From positions 96,001 through 160,000 of the forward strand of contig JAVZXS010000001.1 of the NCBI GenBank assembly GCA_038886535.1: DNA of 64,000 bases. Direction: 5' to 3'. This document shows, one piece after another, positions 28,884 through 38,780 of this stretch. Numbering within the stretch: position 1 is the first letter of the stretch; each line of letters opens with the position of its first letter. The notes beneath the pieces were generated by a model that had not been told where the DNA came from, made no database searches, and saw only the letters and a program-made list of their open reading frames with translations. Origin of the DNA: Candidatus Micrarchaeia archaeon. GTDB lineage: Archaea > Micrarchaeota > Micrarchaeia > CABMEP01. The translations under genes and the position numbers were made by a program.

Positions 28884-30110
28884 ATGTCAAAAAATGCCAT
28901 TGATTCTAAAAAGTTGATTTCTAAAATTCATTTCATTTCAGAGAGAATATCAGATCTACCTCATTCTATTTTTTCTAAGTTCATAGGACTTAAAGGAAAG
29001 AATATAATATCTTTAGGCCCTGGAGAGCCAGACTTCGAAACTCCTAAGCATATCAAGGAAGCAGCAAAAAAGGCATTAGATGATAACTATACTCATTATG
29101 CTCCTACTGAAGGGTATCCTGATCTTTTAGAAGAAATTGGAAAGAAACTGAGGAGAAAAAACAACATAAAGCTGGATGATCCAACAAAACAGATATGCGT
29201 AACTGCAGGTTCAACAGAATCTTTACTTCTTTCTATGCTATGCTCTTTTGATTCTACTGAAAAAGTTTTGATTCCAAATCCTGGCTTTGCAACATATGGT
29301 CCTACTTTAGAAACAGTGGATGTAGTTCCCGTTCCATATTATCTTTTTGAAGACGATGGCTTTGAATTGAATTTAGATGATATAAAAAAGAAAATAACTC
29401 CAAAAACTAAAGGAATAATAATAAATTCTCCATCAAATCCAACTGGATCAGTATTCTCAAAATCAAAACTCGAAGAACTTGCAGATATTGCAGTTGAACA
29501 TAATCTTACGATAATAAGCGACGAAGCGTATGAAGATTTAGTTTTTAACGGAAAGAAACATTTTTCAATAGCTTCTCTTAATGGAATGGAAGAGTATGTA
29601 CTTTCAAATTTCACGTTTTCAAAATCATATGCAATGGCAGGATTTAGAATAGGCTACGTTGTAGGTCACGAAAAACTAATATCTCAAATGTCTAAAATTC
29701 ATCTTTATACATCAGTTTCAGCCTCTTCTATCTCACAACGCGCAGCATTAGCAGCTCTTAAAGGACCGCAAAGTTGTATAAAAGAAATGGTAACGGAGTA
29801 TGATAGAAGAAGGAAGTTCATAGTTAAAAGAATAAATGAAATAAAAGGTTTCGAGCTTAAGAAAATTCCAGAGGGTGCATTTTATATATTTCCAAAAATC
29901 AGATTTGATGAATTAGAAAAATATCCGTATAAAGATGGTTCTTCTGAGAAGTTCTCTCTATGGTTACTTGACAAAATAAAGGTTATTACAATACCTGGCA
30001 TAGAATTTGGTTATAATGGAGAAGGATTCATAAGAATAAGCTATGCAACAAATCTCAAAATGATAGAAGAAGCAATGGATAGATTTGAGAAGTTATTGGG
30101 TTCAAAGTAG
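28884..30110 (+). CDS. class I/II PLP-dependent aminotransferase
   Basis: GEPDF.TP, NSPSNPTG, SDEAY, FSKSYAMAGFRIG, PEGAFY; start moved to ATG 28884. Confidence 0.92.
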   Translation: MSKNAIDSKKLISKIHFISERISDLPHSIFSKFIGLKGKNIISLGPGEPDFETPKHIKEAAKKALDDNYTHYAPTEGYPDLLEEIGKKLRRKNNIKLDDPTKQICVTAGSTESLLLSMLCSFDSTEKVLIPNPGFATYGPTLETVDVVPVPYYLFEDDGFELNLDDIKKKITPKTKGIIINSPSNPTGSVFSKSKLEELADIAVEHNLTIISDEAYEDLVFNGKKHFSIASLNGMEEYVLSNFTFSKSYAMAGFRIGYVVGHEKLISQMSKIHLYTSVSASSISQRAALAALKGPQSCIKEMVTEYDRRRKFIVKRINEIKGFELKKIPEGAFYIFPKIRFDELEKYPYKDGSSEKFSLWLLDKIKVITIPGIEFGYNGEGFIRISYATNLKMIEEAMDRFEKLLGSK

Positions 30111-30165
30111 TTGTAAATTTTAATATAGAATTTATATAATTGTAATTTAAGATTAGGGTGAAATC

Positions 30166-30996
30166 ATGGTAAAGGAGTTACTAAAAAAAATTAAATTAGG
30201 GAAAAGTAAGAATAATTCAAAGAAGAAGCAACATAAGATAAAACATATCATAAAGAATATAAGAGAGAAGATTTCTTCAAAAATACCAAAGATAAAGAAT
30301 CTAAAAGAGAAAAAGATTTTAAACCAAATAAAACTAAGCAAAGGCATTTCACCAAAGCAATTTGAAGTAATAACCCCAGATGGCGTTGATATAAAACTAA
30401 ACTTTTATGATACTCCAAACACTGACAAAGGAATAATACTCCTTCCAGTTTTAGGGAAGACTAAAGAATCAATGGATGGTTTGGCTCAATTTGTATGCAA
30501 ATTAGGATATAAAGCAGTAGCAGTAGATTATAGAGGACATGGCGGTAGTGCATTGAATTGGCAATCTTTCAGATCTAAAGACTTTGCAAACATGGTTTAT
30601 GATGCAAAAGCAGCGAAAGAATTTCTTGCAGCTCACAAAACAAAAACAATAGGTATAATTGGAGCAAGTATAGGTGCAAATGTAGCATTGAATTATTTGG
30701 CAATGGATCCACAGATAAAAACTGCAATACTTCTTTCTCCAGGTATAGATTACAGGGGAGTTAAAATAGATTACTCCATCCCAGACATAAAAGTGCCAAT
30801 TTTTATTTTTGCTAGCAAAGGAGATCAATATTCTTTTGTAAGTACCCAGCACATCCAGAAGTTATGTGGATCACCAAATATATGTGTTGATTTTTTGGAT
30901 GGAGAGATGCACGGTATGGAGTTGCTTTCAGATAGAAAAACAAGAAACTACATCTTAAACAAGATTGAAGCATGGTTAAAACAATATGTAAGATGA
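30166..30996 (+). CDS. alpha/beta hydrolase with Lys-rich N-terminal extension
   Basis: DYRGHG, GASIG nucleophile elbow, LLSPG, D and HG triad positions. Confidence 0.85.
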   Translation: MVKELLKKIKLGKSKNNSKKKQHKIKHIIKNIREKISSKIPKIKNLKEKKILNQIKLSKGISPKQFEVITPDGVDIKLNFYDTPNTDKGIILLPVLGKTKESMDGLAQFVCKLGYKAVAVDYRGHGGSALNWQSFRSKDFANMVYDAKAAKEFLAAHKTKTIGIIGASIGANVALNYLAMDPQIKTAILLSPGIDYRGVKIDYSIPDIKVPIFIFASKGDQYSFVSTQHIQKLCGSPNICVDFLDGEMHGMELLSDRKTRNYILNKIEAWLKQYVR

Positions 30997-31030
30997 CACA
31001 ACATATAATCAAAAGATTGATAGCAATAAA

Positions 31031-31939
31031 TCATCTTATTTTATGCTTTCTTGCATACATATAAAGGAATTGTTGTGCCAGTCCTGCATTTCCATTCCAT
31101 TTATGGATTGCAAATTCTCTAATATCTTTATCTGTTATTTTATCTGTTTTTCTTCCCTTTTTTTCAAGATAATTTTTTATCTCTTTTTTATACAACTTCT
31201 TCATAATCCTACCTATCCATACATCTATCGGAAATGCCTCCCCTTTTCCATAGCCAAACAACAAAATGCAGTCTGCAACCTTTTCTCCTACACCTGGCAA
31301 TCTAGTTAATCTTTCTTTTCCAGCTTTATATTCTTCCTTTTCGATTTCTTTAAACCACTTTTCAGAAGTTCTTTTTGCTATTTCATGCAAGTATTTATCT
31401 CTAAATCCAAGACCACATTTTCTTAGCTTATACAAATCAGATTTTCTTATATCTTTTATAGATGGAAATAGATATAGTCGTTGTTCTTTGTTTATTTCTG
31501 TTCCATGCGTTTCCTTTATCTTTTCAACAATTTTTTCTATTCTAGGAATATTTGAAAAACTACTGCACACAAATGTAGCAGTACAGTACCACGGTTCTTG
31601 TCTGATGATTCTAAGTCCTTTGAATTCTTTTATTGCGTTTTTTAGTATTCTATCTTTGGAAAGTTCAACATAAATATCTTTGATTTTTTTTGAAGGAATG
31701 TCTAATGTGAAATATTTCTTTATCTTCTTTTTAATATCTCTATCTTTTCCATATAATAGTTCAAATTCTAATCTGTTTGATTTTTGCCTTAACTTTACAA
31801 AATTGCCATAAATCTCACCAATCCACCATTCATTCATTCTTTTCCATCCAAAAACCTGTCCACTATTCAGCGTCACGTTTAAATCAAATAGTTCTACCGG
31901 GATACTTCCTTTCTTTAAAATTCGAGATCTAATGGACAT
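31031..31939 (-). CDS. 8-oxoguanine DNA glycosylase (OGG1-like, HhH-GPD)
   Basis: TLNSGQVF.W, GLRIIRQEPW, GLGFR, LPGVGEKVADC, FPIDVW, AQQFLY. Confidence 0.9.
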   Translation of the reverse strand: MSIRSRILKKGSIPVELFDLNVTLNSGQVFGWKRMNEWWIGEIYGNFVKLRQKSNRLEFELLYGKDRDIKKKIKKYFTLDIPSKKIKDIYVELSKDRILKNAIKEFKGLRIIRQEPWYCTATFVCSSFSNIPRIEKIVEKIKETHGTEINKEQRLYLFPSIKDIRKSDLYKLRKCGLGFRDKYLHEIAKRTSEKWFKEIEKEEYKAGKERLTRLPGVGEKVADCILLFGYGKGEAFPIDVWIGRIMKKLYKKEIKNYLEKKGRKTDKITDKDIREFAIHKWNGNAGLAQQFLYMYARKHKIR

Positions 31940-32010
31940 ATCTACACCGTATTATTAGATACATAACTTGAGAGAGGAACATATAAAATCATTTACATAG
32001 ATATATCTGC

Positions 32011-33393
32011 ATGCTTAGTTATATACTTTACGCCAAAAAGTTGGAAAAAAATGTATTTCATTTTGCTATAACCTCAAAAGGAAACGCAATTATAAAAACA
32101 AATAAAGAGTTGTCCCCAGGATCTTGGTTTGATATATCAGGAGAAGTAGTAAAAATAGATGAAGATACGGTCGAAATTCACCCAAATAAGATTGAGATTG
32201 TCCAAAAACCAGAGAAAAATGAGATGAAATCGATTCTCAATTTCATAAAAGAAAAATCAAAGCCAAAAAGTACTAGATTCTTTTTCGAAAATCAAGATAT
32301 GGAGATGTTGTCATCTTCTATTCATAGTGCTGCTAAATATATAAAAGAGGCTTGCGTACTTAAAAGACCGATAATAATAAGATATGATACAGATCAAGAT
32401 GGTCTGACAGGAGCTGTTTCTCTTTTTTATGCATTAAAAGATTATTATAATATAAAATTTATACCTCAACAATTTCCATTTTATAATAGGTTAGATTTTG
32501 AAGAAGACAAACGATATATAGAAAATTTAGAGGCAAAACATCTTCCTCCAGTATTGATAACTGTTGATTTTGGATTCAATCCTGAAAGTGAAGAAGCTTA
32601 TAGGCTTGCCAAAGACTATGGATTCTCAATTCTTGTTATAGATCACCATCCACCACAAAAACCATCTATAAAAGAATTATTTGAAGAGATTGTTTCCCCA
32701 TGGCTATTTAATATAAAAAATCCATCTTCATATACCGCAGGATTATTGGCAACAGAAATAGCAAAGAAGATAGGAAATATTAATGAGAAAACAGCTGACA
32801 AACTAATTAGAATCTCTTTAACTGCAGATAGAAGTAAGATATACAATCCAACAAAATCTGATCTGAAAAATTCAGAAGCGGTGGGTTATTTCATTGGTAC
32901 TTCTGCATACGAAAATAATATCACGCAATATGCAAAGGCGATAGAAGATGAAGAAATGTTGGATTTTGCCTATGCACAATCTCAGGAAAAAATTCAGACC
33001 TTCCTAGAAAAAGCAAAGAACACTACTAAGTCAAAAACAATAAATGGAATAACTTTTTTCTTTGTTGATGTTACAAAGTATATAAAGAAAGGTTCATACC
33101 CAAATAAAGGTTTAGCAGCAAACATTATGGCAGATTTATTAGGAAATAGAAAAACCCCAACAGTTACAATCGTTTATACTGGAAGGAATATTAGTTTCAG
33201 ATTGAATCAGGCAGCGCTTGAATTTGGATTAGACCTTTCAAAAGCAATTTCGAAATTGAAAAGTGAAATGCTTCATGGTATAGAATCTGGTGGAGGACAT
33301 AAGGCAGCAGCCGCACTTAGATTAAACCAAGGGTATCTTAAAGAGGCGCTTGATAAAATCGTACACTACATAGCAGAACAAAATCCAAAATAA
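32011..33393 (+). CDS. DHH-family phosphoesterase (RecJ-like) with probable N-terminal OB fold
   Basis: DTDQDG, VDFG, IDHH, C-terminal GGGH.AAA (DHHA1). Confidence 0.85.
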   Translation: MLSYILYAKKLEKNVFHFAITSKGNAIIKTNKELSPGSWFDISGEVVKIDEDTVEIHPNKIEIVQKPEKNEMKSILNFIKEKSKPKSTRFFFENQDMEMLSSSIHSAAKYIKEACVLKRPIIIRYDTDQDGLTGAVSLFYALKDYYNIKFIPQQFPFYNRLDFEEDKRYIENLEAKHLPPVLITVDFGFNPESEEAYRLAKDYGFSILVIDHHPPQKPSIKELFEEIVSPWLFNIKNPSSYTAGLLATEIAKKIGNINEKTADKLIRISLTADRSKIYNPTKSDLKNSEAVGYFIGTSAYENNITQYAKAIEDEEMLDFAYAQSQEKIQTFLEKAKNTTKSKTINGITFFFVDVTKYIKKGSYPNKGLAANIMADLLGNRKTPTVTIVYTGRNISFRLNQAALEFGLDLSKAISKLKSEMLHGIESGGGHKAAAALRLNQGYLKEALDKIVHYIAEQNPK

Positions 33394-33441
33394 TCTCTAA
33401 AAAGATAAATTAAAAACTTTATTTAGCTTATATTTATTGAA

Positions 33442-33649
33442 GGGGATATTGCGTAACCAGGCAGCGCGGCAGGCTCCAGTTTTTGGGAATGCCTCTTGCC
33501 TGTACTGCTTTCTAGGATAAATTTCCTGGGCAGTCAGCAGGTATTCTGACTCGGGTCAAACCGGGAATGATCTATAACGGGAGCTATGATTTGATGATTG
33601 CTCCAAAAGAAGATACCTGCAAGTCGGGGTTCAAATCCCCGTATCCCCA
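33442..33649 (+). tRNA. tRNA-Trp(CCA) with 135-nt intron at 37/38 (33480-33614)
   Basis: Exons GGGGATA...GCAGG-CT-CCA-G | A-CCTGC...GTTCAAATC..TATCCCCA; relaxed BHB. Confidence 0.93.
33480..33614 (+). ncRNA. intron-encoded box C/D guide RNA for pre-tRNA-Trp Cm39 and Cm34
   Basis: GCAGGTATT-CTGA pairs with ATACCTGC (+5 = C39); GGAGCT-ATGA pairs with GGCTCC (+5 = C34); C'-like ATGATCT lies between them. Confidence 0.8.
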
Positions 33650-34539
33650 TTTTTTTCTAATTTATCTAATAAAATTTTAATCTTCTCAATAGATTTTACT
33701 TTCATAATTTCTTCTCTTAATTTACTTGCATTCTTCATTCCTTTAAAAATTTGAGAGTAGACTAATTTTATGTTATTTAGGTCTATTAAATCTAGATTTT
33801 CACATATTTTATAATATTCTAGAGCTGTTTCAATTCTCTCTCTATTCGTAAGTTCGTTCTTACCTTCAAATACTCTTGGGTTTTGAAGCGCAGCCCTTCC
33901 AATCATTATCCCACTGCAAAATTCATTTTTTATTTTTTCTTTTCCTTCTTCAAGATTTCTCACATTGCCATTTCCAACTACAGGTATGTTTATCTTCTCA
34001 TGTGCTGTTTTTATGATATTCCAATCGACATTTCCTGAATACCCTTGTTTTACAGTTCTTCCATGAACAATAAGAAAATCAGCACCTGAATCTTCTATAC
34101 CTTTATAGAATTCAATCGTTTTTTCCTTTTCACTAAAAATTCTTGTCTTAACTGAAACAGGAAGAGTTGTTTCTTTTTTGCACTCCTTAATTATTTGAAA
34201 GAGGAGCTGATAATTTTTCATAAGAGCGCTTCCAGCACCTGTTTTCATTGTAGTATGTGAAGGGCAGCCGGCATTTATGTTGAATCCCTTTATAAACGGA
34301 TACTTCTTTTCGATTACTTTGATAGCTTCTTTGAATTCATCTGGTTTTGATCCTGAAAGTTGAACTGTTACGTTTTTTTCTTCTTCACTTATGAATGGAA
34401 TAAATTTTCCTTTTGAGACAGCAGTAACGTTGACTAGCGGAACAAACGTCATTTTACATTTGTGTCTCTCGCTAATAAGTCTAAATGCGGCATTTGTATA
34501 TTCGTGTATTGGCGCAAGAGAGAATCTAGCAATCTTCAT
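33631..34539 (-). CDS. tRNA-dihydrouridine synthase
   Basis: LAPI, NINAGCP, GAGSALM, VSVKTR, VHGRT, VGNGNV, MIGRAA. Confidence 0.92.
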   Translation of the reverse strand: MKIARFSLAPIHEYTNAAFRLISERHKCKMTFVPLVNVTAVSKGKFIPFISEEEKNVTVQLSGSKPDEFKEAIKVIEKKYPFIKGFNINAGCPSHTTMKTGAGSALMKNYQLLFQIIKECKKETTLPVSVKTRIFSEKEKTIEFYKGIEDSGADFLIVHGRTVKQGYSGNVDWNIIKTAHEKINIPVVGNGNVRNLEEGKEKIKNEFCSGIMIGRAALQNPRVFEGKNELTNRERIETALEYYKICENLDLIDLNNIKLVYSQIFKGMKNASKLREEIMKVKSIEKIKILLDKLEKNGDTGI

Positions 34540-34612
34540 TTTCTCACTATTTATATCTGATAGTAATCACAATTGTTTTAAATATATTTCTCAAATTATA
34601 TCTGTGATTCTT

Positions 34613-34852
34613 ATGGCAAAGGATGAAGAATTTGACTGGGAGAAATGGGGTAAGGCATGGGACAAGAGTTGGAGAAGGAGAAAGAATGAGAGTCTTGTTT
34701 GGGCAGGACTTATTATTCTTTTGATAGGAGTTCTTTGGTATGCAGTCACAGTCGGACTTATTGATCTCAGTCTTATATGTCCTGGATTTCTGATAATAAT
34801 CGGAGCAATGTTTATATTGAAAGGCCTACTTGATCAGATATTTCATTTATAA
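34613..34852 (+). CDS. small two-TM membrane protein
   Basis: MAKDEEFDWEKWG followed by two hydrophobic helices; GTGAT RBS. Confidence 0.7.
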   Translation: MAKDEEFDWEKWGKAWDKSWRRRKNESLVWAGLIILLIGVLWYAVTVGLIDLSLICPGFLIIIGAMFILKGLLDQIFHL

Positions 34853-34888
34853 CTTCTTTTTATTCTGGCGTACTATTCTGGTGTACAT

Positions 34889-35101
34889 ATGAAATTCAAG
34901 GTAAAGGTTATTCCTAATTCTAAGAGGGAAGAAATAATAGAGGATAGGGAAAACGGAATAATAACTGTAAGAGTAAAAGAGAAGCCAGAGAAGGGAAAAG
35001 CAACACTTAAAGTAATCAAAATGTTAGAAGAATACTTCCATAAACCTGTAAATCTCTTGAAAGGAGCATTTTCAAGAGAGAAGATTATAGAAGTTGAATA
35101 G
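34889..35101 (+). CDS. DUF167 (YggU-like) protein
   Basis: VKVIPNS...V.VKEKPEKGKA...G..SREK. Confidence 0.88.
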   Translation: MKFKVKVIPNSKREEIIEDRENGIITVRVKEKPEKGKATLKVIKMLEEYFHKPVNLLKGAFSREKIIEVE

Positions 35102-35121
35102 TAATATAAACTCTAATGTTT

Positions 35122-35814
35122 CTATGCAGATAGCATTAAGCTGAATATAGTATAAGTAACAATTATGGATAAAACAGAACCAGCTATCAACTGCCATATA
35201 GTATGTGCTTTTACTTTATATCTAAGTGCAAAAATAGGAATAAGTAAAAGATATAGAGGAAGTGCTTTTTCTCCATAAACAACATAAAGTGCAGTTACAG
35301 GGCCAGCAATACCACTTGCATGTGCACTTATCTTCCATTTTAGATTTATCAACATCATAAGTATTGTTGCAACTGCATATGCAATTGAAGTTATGAACAT
35401 TAGCCTGTGTTCGAATGTATAAAATATAATCGCCGCAATCAACTGGAGTATCACAGCCATCAAATAAAAACGAGTCCTAGATTCTCTTTCAGACAATTCA
35501 ACATCAACCTTTCCTTTCCTGCTGTAGTAGAGTATTGCCATTCCTGGAAGCAAAGAGAAGAGGACACCTGTAAGTAAGAAAGAGCTTAAAGGACTTATCA
35601 TGCCTGTTCCATAAGGAGAATGGAATGAAAAGAAATATGCTAGAAAGACTGAAGTTATCGGAGCAGATGTAAGAATAGAAAGTAGTATGAATCGATTGTC
35701 CTTATATGGCTTTTTGAACTTCACATTTTTAACATTTTTTATCTTAGTGCTTATTTTAGCAGTTACTTTTTCCTTTACTCTTTTTATTTTCAATCTGGGA
35801 TTTATAATCTTCAA
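35122..35814 (-). CDS. PAP2-superfamily-like membrane protein
   Basis: WKISAH and R...KAHTIWQLIAG motifs; multiple TM helices. Confidence 0.7.
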   Translation of the reverse strand: MKIINPRLKIKRVKEKVTAKISTKIKNVKNVKFKKPYKDNRFILLSILTSAPITSVFLAYFFSFHSPYGTGMISPLSSFLLTGVLFSLLPGMAILYYSRKGKVDVELSERESRTRFYLMAVILQLIAAIIFYTFEHRLMFITSIAYAVATILMMLINLKWKISAHASGIAGPVTALYVVYGEKALPLYLLLIPIFALRYKVKAHTIWQLIAGSVLSIIVTYTIFSLMLSA

Positions 35815-35888
35815 GCTATCACTTTATATGAATGCACTATTCTATAATGTAGTTTAAAGCTTTTAAATATTCAATGCAAATGTAGATT

Positions 35889-36449
35889 ATGAGATCATTC
35901 AGCAAAACAAAAAAAAGTTTTACAAACTCTGAAATTATGTCAAGTTTGGAAGGCATATCCTTTGGGCTAGTAGATGGCTCAATATGTGCATTGGGTGCTG
36001 TAGTAGGTATAGTGACTGCTACAAATGATCCTTTTCTTGCAGTTTTGTCTATACTTATCTTCGGCCTGTCTGATTCGTTTGGAAATTCTGCAGGCTTCTA
36101 TCTTTCTCAGGTTTCAGAGCGCAACATTCAGATAATGAGGAAAAGAATGGGAAGAACGCAGCATGTTCATACTATGCGAGAATTATTTCTAAACGGCGTA
36201 CTTTCGTTTGTTTCGACATTCATAATCTATATTTTGATAGGTCTTCCCTTTATATTTCTTCCTTTAGAACAAGCGCTTATATCTGCAGTTATAATAGCAG
36301 CATTGGTTACATTTTTATTAGGAGCTTATAATGCAAACATGATAAAGAAAGATGTTATTAAAACCGGAATGTTCTATTCTGGAATAACTGTAGCCACAGC
36401 AATCATATGCTATCTATTAGGATTGCTTTTGAATAATTTATTCTTTTAA
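35889..36449 (+). CDS. VIT1/CCC1-family metal transporter
   Basis: FGLVDG, SDSFG...G.YLS..SE; TM helices. Confidence 0.8.
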   Translation: MRSFSKTKKSFTNSEIMSSLEGISFGLVDGSICALGAVVGIVTATNDPFLAVLSILIFGLSDSFGNSAGFYLSQVSERNIQIMRKRMGRTQHVHTMRELFLNGVLSFVSTFIIYILIGLPFIFLPLEQALISAVIIAALVTFLLGAYNANMIKKDVIKTGMFYSGITVATAIICYLLGLLLNNLFF

Positions 36450-36464
36450 TCTAAAATTTAATTC

Positions 36465-37094
36465 TTATTTAAACATCTCTCTTATTGCAGAATGGCTCTT
36501 CTTTTCAAGTTCTCTTTGAACAAGTGACTTGATGATTTTTTTCCAATCTATAATGAATATTGCAACTGCAATTCCAACTCCAATGATTCCCATCAGAAGA
36601 TATTCATATGTTGAAAATGTAACTTGCTCAAGCGCTGTTTCAAGCACAGTTATGTATACTATATTAGAAAGGAGTTCTCCGAAGAAGAACCCTCCGATAA
36701 GCGTCAATATTCTGAGATGTGCTATTCCTGCCACTACAAACAAAGCATTTGTTGGAAGAGGGCTTAAAGCATAAAGAAATGCAATTATAAACGCTATTTT
36801 AGGGTTCTCGATTTCAATAAAAAATTCTTTGAGATATTCAATATTACGTTTCTGTCTCTTCGGAAGCACCTTGTCTCCTATATTTTTAGAATAAGATGCA
36901 AGAACATATCTACCTATTGCAGAAGCAAATATAGCAATAACTATGATTGGAATAAGTAGAACAGGATCTGTTTTTCCAGCAAAGAAAGCAACCACTATCC
37001 AGGTAGGAATTGTAAATATCGGATTTGCATTAAGAAGGAAAACTGTAAAGAAGATCTCTGCTATGATTAATAAATCCATGAGAATCCTTTGCAT
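36465..37094 (-). CDS. DedA/VTT-like membrane protein
   Basis: N.NPIF.IPTW, A.GRY, LSPLP.N.LF..AG. Confidence 0.6.
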   Translation of the reverse strand: MQRILMDLLIIAEIFFTVFLLNANPIFTIPTWIVVAFFAGKTDPVLLIPIIVIAIFASAIGRYVLASYSKNIGDKVLPKRQKRNIEYLKEFFIEIENPKIAFIIAFLYALSPLPTNALFVVAGIAHLRILTLIGGFFFGELLSNIVYITVLETALEQVTFSTYEYLLMGIIGVGIAVAIFIIDWKKIIKSLVQRELEKKSHSAIREMFK

Positions 37095-37157
37095 TAAAGA
37101 TTTAAAATTCTGACTGATATAATATTATAATACGAAAATTGATTCACAACGAGGTAA

Positions 37158-38366
37158 GTGTTAATGGCAAAACAAATCATCACATTTGTGCTTTTATTAT
37201 TCATCTCATCTTTGGCTTTTGCTTTTTGGTATGAATCAATAAATGTAACTGTTTATTCTAAAGACGGATTGCCAATGAAAAATGTTCCTGTAACTGTCAT
37301 ATATCAATCAAGCAAATGCGGAGAGCATTCAGAACTGACAAAGAAAACAAATGAATCCGGAATGGTTTCATTCTCATTTATGAACACAGTTGATGAATCA
37401 TTCGGAAAATGTATAGAAAGAATATATACAATCCGTGCTGATTTTGGAGGATATAGCAATTCAACAATTGGTGATGTAGATAAGACAAACAAAAACTATC
37501 AGCTTTGGCTACCTTTTATTTCCCATATTGTCATTGTAAGAAATGCAGTAAATAATACGATTCAGGGTGCTAACGTAACAGCCTTCAATGTAACATACAC
37601 AACAGATGCCGGAGGAAATGCGTTTATACTTTTGCCAGCTGCAATGCTATCGGATTTCATAGTTCAGTATGGTTCAGTATCAACAAAGACATCAGTTAAT
37701 CCTTCTATTAAGCAAGTTACCTATGTTTCTCTTCCAATATATGATCTTAAAGTAAGTTTGACAGATGAGAATGGAAATTCATTATATGGAAAGATAAGAT
37801 ACGGAGAAGAAGAAAAATTGCTTGAAAACAGCTACGTAGTTTTCAAGTCTTTCTCTGATTTAAAACCAACTTTCTACGTTACAGTAAATAACATTACTAA
37901 ACAGATAAGTACCACTATTTCATCAGATAATGTTATCTTAAGATATGATCTAACCCCGCCGATAATACGCGATGTAGAGACAAGGGTTGCAAATAATAGA
38001 GTGTATATTTCTGCTGTTGTTGTAGATGGAGGAAGGTATGCATCTGGGATATCTTCAAATCCAATACTTTCTTACACTTCTAATACATCACAGTCTATGG
38101 GGCAGAAGATGTTTTTCGTAGGCAATGATAGATATGAGACCTCCATACCACTTGAAGGAAATAATGAAATAAATTATACTATAATTGCTACAGATTCTCA
38201 AGGTAATTCAGCAAAATATTCAGATGTCTACTCTTCCTCATTTAAAATAGAAAAAGAAATAGAGAAAGCAACAAAAGGATTCTCATGGTTAACCTTCCTA
38301 GGTATATTCGCTTTTGCAATAGTAATATATATGATCTATACAAAGATAAAAGAACAGACGCAGTGA
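37158..38366 (+). CDS. secreted, C-terminally membrane-anchored beta-rich surface protein
   Basis: Signal peptide, Ig-like beta repeats, D.TPP.I, many N-x-S/T sequons, C-terminal TM helix. Confidence 0.7.
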   Translation: MLMAKQIITFVLLLFISSLAFAFWYESINVTVYSKDGLPMKNVPVTVIYQSSKCGEHSELTKKTNESGMVSFSFMNTVDESFGKCIERIYTIRADFGGYSNSTIGDVDKTNKNYQLWLPFISHIVIVRNAVNNTIQGANVTAFNVTYTTDAGGNAFILLPAAMLSDFIVQYGSVSTKTSVNPSIKQVTYVSLPIYDLKVSLTDENGNSLYGKIRYGEEEKLLENSYVVFKSFSDLKPTFYVTVNNITKQISTTISSDNVILRYDLTPPIIRDVETRVANNRVYISAVVVDGGRYASGISSNPILSYTSNTSQSMGQKMFFVGNDRYETSIPLEGNNEINYTIIATDSQGNSAKYSDVYSSSFKIEKEIEKATKGFSWLTFLGIFAFAIVIYMIYTKIKEQTQ

Positions 38367-38466
38367 TCCTTCGTCAATCTATTTTTATTTGAATCTAATT
38401 TTTATTCACATCTATTTTATTCGAATATTCTTAGCTATAATTACATTAAGAAATAGAATTTTAAAG

Positions 38467-38584
38467 TGCAGGGGGTGAGATTCGAACTCACGTAAGGCCT
38501 AAGCCAACAGCTTTCTTACGGGCTGCCTTTTAGGCTCTGCCTAGGTCTTGAGGCTGCCCCGTTTGACCGCTCCGGCACCCCTGC
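38467..38584 (-). tRNA. tRNA-Leu(CAA) with 34-nt intron at 37/38 (38513-38546)
   Basis: GCAGGGG...GCAGC-CT-CAA-G | A-GCTGT, long variable arm, GTTCGAATC..CCCCTGCA. Confidence 0.9.
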
Positions 38585-38589
38585 ATCAG

Positions 38590-38664
38590 TGCTCCGATCG
38601 GGATTTGAACCCGAGTTTCAGCCTTGAGAGGGCTGCGTCCTTGACCGGACTAGACGATCGGAGC
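38590..38664 (-). tRNA. tRNA-Glu(CTC)
   Basis: GCTCCGA...CAGCC-CT-CTC-AA-GGCTG...GTTCAAATC..TCGGAGCA; lies 5 nt upstream of tRNA-Leu. Confidence 0.95.
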
Positions 38665-38780
38665 TAAAACTGAGAAGTAAAAGATATATGTCAGTTAAAT
38701 ATTTTATACTTATCTTTTTAGAAATTTATTATAATAATTACTAGAAAGATTAGTTTAACTTTTTATTTTTTAATCAAATT

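Noticed and set aside
33476..33478. Possible UGA recoding through C34-to-U editing of tRNA-Trp
   Set aside because: Conserved genes end in TGA at expected positions (e.g. ileS, E1 alpha), and the intron guide predicts Cm34.
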